DNA of 59,307 nucleotides, the filler included, from Deltaproteobacteria bacterium (GTDB lineage: Bacteria > Myxococcota > JACRCW01): assembly GCA_016218805.1 (NCBI GenBank). It is 3 parts of 3 records of this genome, joined end to end, with 100 filler letters (N's around TTAATTAATTAA, not from the genome) between each part and the next. Parts side by side here need not be neighbours in the genome. Positions count along the whole stretch, not along the records: positions 20,680 to 51,342 come from JACRCW010000096.1; positions 51,443 to 59,307 come from JACRCW010000120.1; 1 more part is not named here. One strand, written 5' to 3'. The notes beneath the pieces are model-generated. The model worked only from the letters and a program-made list of their open reading frames with translations. It did no database searches and was not told the origin of the DNA. Position 1 is the first letter of the stretch. Every line of letters starts with the position of its first letter. Below, piece after piece: positions 48,063 through 59,307 of this stretch. A program made the translations under genes and the position numbers.

Positions 48063-48653
48063 ATGGCACGTCACACGCGGCGGCAGTTTGTGCAGACCAC
48101 GGTGCTGGGGTTTGGCGCGTACCTGACCACGGGTGCGGGGCTGGGCTGCAAGCGCGGGGCAAAGACCACCGACGCGGCGGCGCCCTCCCCCGCCGTGGAC
48201 GGCGGCGTGCGCGTCCTGCGGGTGCTGACACCGGAGCAGTTCCTCACCGTCAGCGCCGCGTGCGAGTGCATCCTCCCGCGCGACGAGGACCCGGGCGCCG
48301 TGGACCTGGGCGTGCCGTACTACATTGACGGGCAGCTGGCGGACCCCAACCTGGAGGACTGGCGCAAGCCGTTCCTGGGCGGGCTGGCCGTGCTGGACCG
48401 GCAGAGCAGGAAGCTGCACGGCAAGCGTTTCCACGAGCTGGGCAGCGAAGAGCAGAACCAGTTGCTGGCGCGCTGGCAGGCCGGCGCGTCCGGCGAGACG
48501 CGGTTCTTCCAGATCCTGATGAACCTCACGTTTGAAGGCGCGTTTGGCGACCCGGTGCACGGCGGCAACAAGGACCGGCAGGGGTTCACCATGGTGGGCT
48601 TCATCCCCGGACCGCCGTTGCCGGACGGGTCCGCGCACACGCACCATCACTGA
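48063..48653 (+). CDS. Gluconate 2-dehydrogenase subunit 3 family protein (Tat-exported)
   Basis: TRRQF twin-arginine signal; PGAVDLGVPYYIDGQL, EGAFGDPVHGGN, GF.MVGF. Confidence 0.9.
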   Translation: MARHTRRQFVQTTVLGFGAYLTTGAGLGCKRGAKTTDAAAPSPAVDGGVRVLRVLTPEQFLTVSAACECILPRDEDPGAVDLGVPYYIDGQLADPNLEDWRKPFLGGLAVLDRQSRKLHGKRFHELGSEEQNQLLARWQAGASGETRFFQILMNLTFEGAFGDPVHGGNKDRQGFTMVGFIPGPPLPDGSAHTHHH

Positions 48654-48660
48654 GGCACGC

Positions 48661-50328
48661 ATGGCACTGGACCCCGTGGATGTGGTGGTGGTGGGCAGCG
48701 GCGCCGGCGGCGGGCCGGTGGCGCTGAGCCTGGCGCAGGCCGGCGCGCGCGTGGTGGTGCTGGAGAAGGGGCCGGCGCTGCAGCAGAAGGACCTGCTGCA
48801 CGACGAGATCCAGATGTGCCGGCGCAACTTCTTTGTCCCGTACTTCCAGGACGAGCCGCACACCATCCGCCACACCGGCGACGGCAAGGCGATCCGCACC
48901 AACGAGTGTTGGACCGCCAACGTGGTGGGCGGCGGCACCGTGCACATGAGCGCGTACTTCATGCGCATGCAGCCAGTGGACATGAAGCTGCGCAGCACGC
49001 TGGGGAAGATTGACGGCGCCAACGTGGCGGACTGGCCGTTCACGTATGAGGAGCTGGAGCCGTTCTACACGCTGGCGGAGAAGAAGATTGGCGTGAGCGG
49101 GCGGTGGAAGGCGCACCCGTTTGAGGAGCCGCGCAGCGAGGACTACCCGCTGCCGCCGCTGGAAGAGCACCCCTACGCCATGGCGCTGGACAAGGTCATT
49201 GGCGGGCTGGGCTACCACCTGTTTCCCACGCCGCGCGGGATCAACTCCAGGCCGGCCAACGGGCGCGTGCAGTGCGTGTACTGCGCGCTGTGCGGCAGCT
49301 TCCCGTGCGAGGTCAGCGCCAAGGGCTCCACCGCCGTCACGGTGCTGCCGGAAGCGGTGGCAACGGGAAAGTGCGAGATCCGCGACCGGTCCATGGCCAC
49401 CGAGATCCGCGTGGGCCCCGACGGGCGCGCCACCGGTGTGGTGTACCGCGACAAGGACAACACCGAGCAGTTCCAGGCCGCGCGCGCCGTGGTGGTGGCG
49501 TGCACCGCCGTGGAATCCGCGCGCCTGCTGCTGATGTCGCAATCCGGCAAGCACCCCAAGGGGCTGGGCAACGCGGGCGGGCTCGTCGGAAAGAACCTGC
49601 TGTTCTCATCCCTGGCCAAGGGGCACGCCGTGTACCGCTACGCGGGGCGCCCCGCGGCGGACGTGGAGTGGATGAAGAGCCCCCTGCCGTTTGTGCAGCG
49701 CTCCATGCAGGACTTCTACCTGCTGCCGGAGCCCGTCAACGGCGTTCGCAAGATGGGGACGGTGCTGTTTGCGCTGTATCACCCCAACCCCATCAACACC
49801 GTGGAGCGCATTGCCGGCAGCGGGCCCACCGCGCTGTGGGGCAAGCAGCTCAAGCAGGCCATTCGTGACGAGGGACGCAACGCGCGCTGCCTGGACTTTG
49901 AGACGTTTGGCGAGTTCCTGGCGACGGATATGACCACCGTGGACCTGGATCCCGAGGTGAAGGACAAGTGGGGCCTGCCGGTGGCGCGCATCACCATTGG
50001 CCGGCACCCGCACGACATCACCGTGATGCGCACGCTGGCGGAGAAGGGCATGCAGGTGCTCAACGCGCTCAAGCCGGACAGCACCAAGCTCACCATCAGC
50101 CAGGGCGAAACGAAGATCCTCCAGGGCGGCACCTGCCGCGCCGGCACCGACCCCGCCACCAGCGTGCTCAACAAGGACTGCCGCGCGCATACCGTCCCCA
50201 ACCTGTGGGTCTCTGACGGGAGCTTCATGCCCACCTCCGGCGGTGTGCCGTTCACGCTCACCATCCTGGCCAACGCGTTCCGCGTGGGCGCGCGGATGGT
50301 GGAGGCGTTCAAGGCCGGCAAGCTGTGA
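48661..50328 (+). CDS. GMC family oxidoreductase flavoprotein subunit
   Basis: VVGSGAGGG FAD motif, VGGGTVH, DWPFTYEEL, CVYCALCGSFPC cluster, DKWGLPVARI, GTCR.G.DP..SV, T.TILANA.R. Confidence 0.92.
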   Translation: MALDPVDVVVVGSGAGGGPVALSLAQAGARVVVLEKGPALQQKDLLHDEIQMCRRNFFVPYFQDEPHTIRHTGDGKAIRTNECWTANVVGGGTVHMSAYFMRMQPVDMKLRSTLGKIDGANVADWPFTYEELEPFYTLAEKKIGVSGRWKAHPFEEPRSEDYPLPPLEEHPYAMALDKVIGGLGYHLFPTPRGINSRPANGRVQCVYCALCGSFPCEVSAKGSTAVTVLPEAVATGKCEIRDRSMATEIRVGPDGRATGVVYRDKDNTEQFQAARAVVVACTAVESARLLLMSQSGKHPKGLGNAGGLVGKNLLFSSLAKGHAVYRYAGRPAADVEWMKSPLPFVQRSMQDFYLLPEPVNGVRKMGTVLFALYHPNPINTVERIAGSGPTALWGKQLKQAIRDEGRNARCLDFETFGEFLATDMTTVDLDPEVKDKWGLPVARITIGRHPHDITVMRTLAEKGMQVLNALKPDSTKLTISQGETKILQGGTCRAGTDPATSVLNKDCRAHTVPNLWVSDGSFMPTSGGVPFTLTILANAFRVGARMVEAFKAGKL

Positions 50329-50472
50329 CCCCCGCCGGGTTGTAATACCTACGCGGCGCAGGGTCTGGCGGGAGCATGGCCATCCCCGGGGCGGAGGACG
50401 CGCGTGGGTCCGGCGGGGGATTGCCTCAAGCGCCGCGGTCGGGCATGTAGCGGCCCGCTTCCGAGGTGGCCC

Positions 50473-51342
50473 ATGGGCGAACCGTTTCTTGGCACCATCC
50501 AGCGTGCCTTCCAGGACAGCGTGACGCACACGCTGTCCACATACATCACCATTCCCAACCTGTCCCCGCTGTTTGACAAGGACTGGGCCACCGCGGGCCA
50601 CATGGACCGCGCGGTCAACCTGCTGGTGGACTGGACCAAGGCGCAGCAGGTGCCCGGCCTGAAGGTGGAGGTGGTGCGGCTGCCGTCCCGCACGCCGCTG
50701 ATCCTGGTGGAGATTGACGGGCAGGGCCCGGACACCGTGCTCATGTACGGCCACCTGGACAAGCAGCCGCCGTTTGAGGGCTGGGATGACGGGCTGGGCG
50801 CGTTCAAGCCGGTGCTGCGCGGCGAGCGCCTCTACGGGCGCGGCGGCGCGGATGACGGGTACGCGCTGTTTGCTTCCGTGCTGGCGGTGAAGCTGCTCAA
50901 GCAGGGCAACATCCCGCACGCGCGCTGCCTCATCCTCATTGAGGCGGGCGAGGAATCCGGCAGCCCGGATCTGCCCGCGTACATTGAGCACCTGGAAGCG
51001 CGCATCGGGCAGCCGTCGCTGATTGTGTGCCTGGACTCCGGCTGCGGGAACTACGAGCAGCTGTGGGCCACCTCCAGCCTGCGCGGCCTCATTGGCGGTG
51101 AACTGTCCGTGTCCCTGCTGCGCGAAGGCGTGCACTCCGGCGACGGCAGCGGCGTGGTGGCGAGTTCATTCCGCGTGTTGCGCTCGCTGCTGGCGCGCGT
51201 TGATGACGACGTCACCGGCGTGGTGAAGCTGCCCGAGCTGCACGCGCCCATCCCGGCGGCGCGCATCACGCAGGCGCGCGCGGTGGCGGACGCCCTGGGT
51301 GATTCCGTGCACCAGCAGTACCCCACGCACGCGGGCGTGCGC
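50473..51342 (+). CDS. M20/M25/M40 family metallopeptidase (3' truncated)
   Basis: YGHLDKQP, LYGRGGADDG, EEsGS, SLRG, VHSG motifs; runs into the gap. Confidence 0.9.
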
Positions 51343-51442
51343 NNNNNNNNNNNNNNNNNNNNNNNNNNNNNNNNNNNNNNNNNNNNTTAATTAATTAANN
51401 NNNNNNNNNNNNNNNNNNNNNNNNNNNNNNNNNNNNNNNNNN
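51343..51442. other. Artificial contig-join linker
   Basis: Same N-TTAATTAATTAA-N structure as 20580-20679. Confidence 0.97.
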
Positions 51443-51584
51443 GCGATGCGCCTGTCCCGGGGGTCCGTGTCCTTCATGCAAGCAGGATCGGCAGCAACCA
51501 CCGCCGCGTTGATCAGCCGAGTCGCCGATGGGATCTCCCCCTACATCACGCCTCCGGGCCCTGGCCCCGCTAATCAAGTACCGC

Positions 51585-52015
51585 GTGAGTCTTGCGGGCG
51601 GTACGTCAAAAAGGGATTTTGAGGCGCTGGTGGACGCGCGCATCCGGGAGGCCCGGGCGTTGATGAAAGCCGGCGAATACGACGGGGCAACGTACCTCGC
51701 GGGCTACAGTGTGGAATGCGCGTTGAAGGCCGTCATCACCAAAGGCATTCCCGCCGAAACGCTGCCGCCCAGGACCTTTCAATCTGTCTATACCCACAGT
51801 TTGGAAGACCTCCTCGGGCTGGCCGGACTCAGACAAAAGCTGAAGACGAGGGGATGACAAACCCAGGACTGGCGTCGTCATGGAGCGTGGTGGCGGAGTG
51901 GCGGGAGGATCGGCGGTACGCGCTGGGAACGGACGAACAGGAGGCCGCCGCCCTGCTCAAGTCAATCGAAGATCCAGTGGAAGGAGTGCTCCCATGGCTC
52001 AAGCTGCATTGGTGA
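51585..52015 (+). pseudogene. HEPN-domain protein, split by a frameshift near 51842
   Basis: N-half R..EA..L...GA.YLAGYSVECALKA..YTH.L ends at 51857; C-half W..V..W.E..RY..EA..L...GVL.WLK.HW is in the -1 frame; one added G (CTG[G]AAGAC) restores ..GLRQKLEDEGMTNP. Confidence 0.75.
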
Positions 52016-52413
52016 GCGACCTGGTGGATGCAGGCCGCGACCTCGTCGCTGCGGCGGACGCCGCCGGTGTTCCAATCCGGGCCGCGCTGTGGCTCTATGA
52101 CAGTCACGAGGACCGGTGGACCCTGGTCATTGAAGCCCCGCCAAGCCCCCGTTTGGACAAACACGACTATGCGCTGCAGCTCCACCAGGCTGTCGGGAGC
52201 ATTCCCGACCCGCAACGCCGGGAGGCCGCCCGGGACCTGCTGTTTGGTGCAGTCACCCTGGCCACGAAGCCACACCCGGTGGCGCAGTTGCTGCGGCCGT
52301 CCCTGGGGCAAGCTGCAAGTGTCCTGCGTGCGCGCCTGAGCCACACCTCGGTCGGGCAGTACATTGTCGAGGGGGCCGTCTTGTACCGCCTGGAACGCTC
52401 CCAGGCTGTGTGA
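51994..52413 (+). CDS. HEPN-associated partner protein (putative antitoxin)
   Basis: Overlaps the HEPN 3' end, GGAG RBS; LV...AG..L...D..G..I.AALW.Y....W.L.I and C-terminal IVEGAVLYRL. Confidence 0.7.
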   Translation: MAQAALVSDLVDAGRDLVAAADAAGVPIRAALWLYDSHEDRWTLVIEAPPSPRLDKHDYALQLHQAVGSIPDPQRREAARDLLFGAVTLATKPHPVAQLLRPSLGQAASVLRARLSHTSVGQYIVEGAVLYRLERSQAV

Positions 52414-52422
52414 AGCGGGGCC

Positions 52423-52630
52423 AGTACAGCAGCCAAATGCGACTTCGCCAGCCCGGAAGGCGTTTGGCAGCCGCCAATTGTGATCCCAGCCACACGAGAA
52501 CGCGATTGGCAGCCGCCAATTGTGATCCCAGCCACACGGGAACGCGGTTGGCACCCGCCAATGTGATCCCAGCCACATGGGAGAGCCTTTGGCGCCTGCA
52601 AAATGTGATTCCAGCCACATGAGAACGCCA
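52423..52630 (+). repeat. 42-bp tandem repeat array (4 units plus 1 degenerate) with internal hairpins
   Basis: Units start at 52464, 52506, 52548 and 52589; consensus ttggcagccgccaattgtgatcccagccacacgrgaacgcgn; degenerate copy at about 52423-52463. Confidence 0.9.
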
Positions 52631-52665
52631 TGGGCCGCGTCCGCGGGGTGAATCCGGCGCACCGC

Positions 52666-53842
52666 TCAGCGCGCGGCGGCCAGCACCATCCCCACCAAGC
52701 CGCCGCTCACCACCAGCCACGCCGAATTCACCCGCCAGACCACCAGCAAGCACACCCGCCACGGCGGTCAACAAGGCGGTGGGAAGGTCCACAATCGCCG
52801 CGCGGGCCAGCGGCCAGGACACCGCCGCCATCAGGCCCAGCGACGCGGCGTTGACGCCGTCCAACACCGCGCCCGCCGTGGCCGACGCGCGCAGCCGCGG
52901 GACCAGCGGCCCGCTCACGGCGACAAAGAAGAACGCCGGGAGGAAGATCCCCGCGGTGGCAACCACCGCCGCCACCGGTCCACCGAGCAGGTAGCCGATG
53001 AACGTCGCCGTGGTGAACACGGGTCCCGGGGTGACCTGCCCGACCGCAATGGCGTCCAACAGCTGCGCTTCAGTCAACCAGTGCAGGCGCTCCACCAGGT
53101 CCGCGCGTAGGAACGCCAACAGCACGTACCCGCTGCCAAACAGCACCGAGCCCACCTTGAGGAAGAACAGGAACAGCGCGGTGGTTCCGTAGGGCGCCGC
53201 AGCGGACGCGGCAACGGTGACACCGCCCCACGGAAACACGGGCAGCACCAGCGCGGCCAGCCCCGCAGGCGGACCGCGACGGGTGCGCGCCCACTGCAGC
53301 GCCGCGGCGGTGGCGGCCGCCAGCGCCAGGATCACCAACTCATGCACGCCGGCCAGCGCGGCGGTCACCGCGCCCGCGCCAATGACGCCGCACCCGCGGT
53401 CCTTGAGGGCGGTGCGGCCCAAACCCCACAGTGCCTGCAGCACCACGGCCATGACCACGGGTTTCACGCCGTACAGCGCGTCCGCGGCAAGCGGCACCGC
53501 GCGCAGCCCGGTCATGGCGGCCCCCAGCGCCATGACAATCAGCATGGCCGGGAGGATGAAACATGTCCCGGCGACCACGAGGCCGGCCCAGCCCGCGCGC
53601 ACATGCCCCAGATGGATGGCCAGTTCCGTGGAGTTGGGGCCGGGGATGAGTTGGGTGGCGCCCACCAGGTCCAGAAACCGCTCGCGCGTGACCCACGCGC
53701 GGCGCCGGACCAGTTCGTCCTCCATCAGCGCCACGTGCGCGGCCGGGCCGCCAAACGCCGTGGTGCCCAGCTTCAGGAACACCCACGCGGCTTCGCGCAG
53801 CACCACGCGCCGCGCGGTGGGGTGTTCGGCGGAATCCGTCAT
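52666..53842 (-). CDS. chrA: Chromate efflux transporter (long CHR) with an apparent +1 frameshift near 52749
   Basis: FLKLGTTAFGGPAAH, QLIPGPNSTE, FGSGYVL, GQVTPGPVFTTATFIGY; normal terminus RVNSAWLVVSGGLVG* lies in the shifted frame ending 52666. Confidence 0.88.
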
Positions 53843-53876
53843 GGTGTGCCCGGGTGGCGCCGGGGGGCGCCCACCG

Positions 53877-54308
53877 TCAAGGGGGGAGCGTGGTGGGCAC
53901 CGCGTCACCGGGGCGGCCGGAGACCTCCAGGAAGCTGAAGCCCACCGCGGCGTGGCACGCGTTGCAGGACGTGGCCGCCGCGGCAAAGGCAGCGGTCAGC
54001 GCCGCCGGGTCGTTCCGGGTGGAGGCGGCCACCAGCGCATTGAGCGCACCCGCGCGGAAGGCTGCGTCCTGCTTGTTCAACTCGGCAGTGTCCGCGCGCC
54101 CGGGTGGACGCGCATGCGCCACATCGTCATCGAACGTCTCGCTCAGCTCATGCACCGTCCAGCGCGCCAACTCCAGGCGCCCGCCCTGCAGCGCGCGGCC
54201 GGTCAACTCAAAGTAGTGGCCCACCTGCGCCATGGAGGCGCCGTAGCGGGGGCGCTCGGCGCAGGAGGCACACGCGGACAACAGGACAAGCGCGACAAGC
54301 GCGCGCAT
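53877..54308 (-). CDS. Monoheme cytochrome c'-like (class II) lipoprotein
   Basis: GGAGG RBS; LSAC lipobox; helical protein with C-terminal SCNACH. Confidence 0.75.
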   Translation of the reverse strand: MRALVALVLLSACASCAERPRYGASMAQVGHYFELTGRALQGGRLELARWTVHELSETFDDDVAHARPPGRADTAELNKQDAAFRAGALNALVAASTRNDPAALTAAFAAAATSCNACHAAVGFSFLEVSGRPGDAVPTTLPP

Positions 54309-54338
54309 GGTGCCTCCGGGGTTGCGGGTGCAACATCA

Positions 54339-54380
54339 GCGGGGCGCGGCACGCGCCGGGAGGTCGGTGCCGCGCCCCGC
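54339..54380 (-). terminator. Strong stem-loop after the octaheme cytochrome gene (terminator or mRNA stabiliser)
   Basis: Perfect 14-bp inverted repeat gcggggcgcggcac / gtgccgcgccccgc with a 14-nt loop, 13 nt past the stop; weak U-tract. Confidence 0.6.
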
Positions 54381-54393
54381 CGTGGAAACGCAG

Positions 54394-57639
<3,246 letters not shown>

Positions 57640-57643
<4 letters not shown>

Positions 57644-59061
57644 GCGGTCCCCGCCGGAACGGGAATGCTGGCGCGCACCGTCGTCCCGCGGCCCGCCACC
57701 GAGTCCACCGTCAGCACGCCGCCCACCAGCGCCAGCCGCTCCTCCATGCCCAGCAGCCCCAGCGACCCGGCGCTGCGGCGCGCCGCGTCCGGGTCAAACC
57801 CGCGGCCGTCGTCCTCCACCAGCAGCAGCACCTGCCCGTCACGCCGCACCAGCACCACGCTGGCATGCTGCGCCCCGGCGTGCCGCACCACGTTGTGCAA
57901 CGCCTCCTGCGCCACGCGGAACAGCACCGTCTCCACGCCGGGGGCAAGCCGCGCGGTGCCCCGGCCGGTCTCTGCCGCCGCCTGGAAATGGATGGCCAGG
58001 CCGCTGCGGCGGGACACGTCCTCCACGTAGCGCTCCAGCGCCGAAGTCAGCCCGTAATCATCCAGCAGTGACGGGCGCAGGTCCCAGGCCATCCGGCGCA
58101 CGTCATCCATGAGCCCGCGGACCCGCGCCTCCAGGGCCGGTGCATCCGCGCCGGCACGCGCCGGCAGTTCCAGCAGCAACGCGGACAATGACTGCCCCAG
58201 CCCGTCATGGAGATCCCGGGCCACGCGCTTGCGCTCCTCCTCCTGGCTGTCAATCGCCCGCTGCAGCAGCTGGTGGGTGACGTCGTCGCGCACGCGGCGG
58301 GCCACCAGGACGGCCATCTCATTGAGGGCTTCGGCCACCGGCGCCAGGTCCGGGTCCGCCGGAATCTGGACGGACACGGCGCTGCCCTTGCCCAGCCGCC
58401 GCGCCGCCAGGATCAGCGGGAAGATGGACCGCGTGAAGGACCGCGCCATCACGGCCGCCAGCAGCAGCGCCACCAGGACGCCCAGCGCCACAATCCCCAC
58501 CTGCTGCGGCGCGGTGGGGTGCAGCCGCAACGCGCCGCCCGCGTGGTGCCGCTCCAGCAGCGCGTGGAAGCGCTCCTCCAGCGCGCCAAAGTTCTCCTCC
58601 AGCCGCGCCACCGCGCTCTCCACCGCCGGCACGGACCCAGCCGGCCGGTCGCCCGCGCGGCGCAGGGCGTGCAACTGCGCCGTCAGCCCGCTGCGCTCGG
58701 CCAGCCCGGCGTGGCAGGCATCACACCGGTGCGCCAGGGCGCGCAGCCCGTCCACGGTGGCCGCCGTGTGGTTGCGTGATTCCGGTGACAGCTCCGCCTC
58801 CCGCACGTCCGGCAATTGCAGCAGCTTGAGGGTGTGGATCCGGCCCTCGTGGATCTCTTCGTGCGCCTTCACCTCCACTTGCTCCGCCAGGTACACGCGC
58901 TCCAGGTCTTTGAGGCTGAGGACGCTGACCAGCCCGCTGGCCGCGCCCACCAGCACCAGCGCCAGGAACGCGGCGGCCAGCTTGGTGCGCAGCGTGGCGT
59001 TCCACTCGGTGCCCACCGCCGTGGCGGGCAAACCATCCGGGACCAAGGTGCCGCCAGCCAT
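57640..59061 (-). CDS. NarX-like (HisKA_3) sensor kinase with a periplasmic CxxCH
   Basis: Two TMs, HAMP, EEERKRVARDLHDGLGQ, QEALHNVVRHA, DDGRGF, GLLGMEER; CDACH at 58711-58725; start uncertain. Confidence 0.9.
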
Positions 59062-59216
59062 GGCCCGGCAGATTCCCCATTCTCTGCTGCCTGGGCAAGT
59101 CAGCGCCGCCGCGCCCGGGCTTGGCCGCCTCGCGGTTGTGTGCTTAGGTGCGCGCCCCGTCAGCCCCCCGGGCGGCCGCGGTGGCCGTCCGTCTCCGGGC
59201 ATCAAGGGCAGGTCCC

Positions 59217-59307
59217 ATGATCGATCGCAAGGGTTTGCTCCACGTTGGCCTGGTCGTCGCGCTGTGCACGGCGGCCGCTCCCGTCCTGCGCGCGCAGGGT
59301 TCCAGCA
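59217..59307 (+). CDS. Secreted protein, N-terminal fragment at window end
   Basis: MIDRKGLLHVGLVVALCTAAAPVLRAQ signal-peptide-like; divergent from the kinase. Confidence 0.45.
   Translation, partial: MIDRKGLLHVGLVVALCTAAAPVLRAQGSS

Noticed and set aside
50473..52413. Functional link between the M20 peptidase and the HEPN module
   Set aside because: They lie on different contigs separated by an artificial linker.
52423..52630. 42-bp array as a CRISPR array
   Set aside because: Units are contiguous with no unique spacers and no cas genes are present.
52253..53986. 577-aa ChrA with a repeat-containing C-terminal extension
   Set aside because: The extension arises from the frameshift near 52749; the real start is 53842 and the natural stop is 52666.

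Overview
High-GC (visually about 70%) draft or metagenome DNA from a Myxococcota-like deltaproteobacterium, inferred from a MYXO-CTERM tail, an mts-like adhesion cluster and a giant TPR protein. It consists of three contigs joined by artificial N-TTAATTAATTAA-N linkers (20580-20679, 51343-51442), so adjacency across the linkers is not biological. Contig 1 (1-20579): parE-parC, a Cys-rich lipoprotein, two MCE/MlaD proteins and an MlaF-like ATPase, a TSP3/OmpA-like protein, a TetR-RND efflux operon, DUF5063 and holA. Contig 2 (20680-51342): an SDR, three tandem paralogous membrane proteins, rimI, SurA-like, engB, an expanded ccsA, a 1745-aa TPR protein, LptC-like, a small acquired islet (DUF4760-like + GGCT), an mtsCDEF-like cluster, a compositionally foreign three-gene operon (TIGR04255-like, HEAT-repeat, putative ADP-ribosyltransferase-fold), a gluconate-dehydrogenase-like GMC pair and a partial M20 peptidase. 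Contig 3 (51443-59307): a frameshifted HEPN gene and its partner followed by a 42-bp double-hairpin tandem array, chrA, a cytochrome c'-like lipoprotein, an octaheme cytochrome lipoprotein on a collagen-like stalk, and a two-component system whose sensor has a CxxCH motif. Best novelty candidates: the TAC-like triad (45877-47583), the collagen-stalked octaheme cytochrome module, and the HEPN pair with its repeat array. Family assignments come from motif recognition by eye, not database searches. No rRNA, tRNA, CRISPR array or transposase was recognised.
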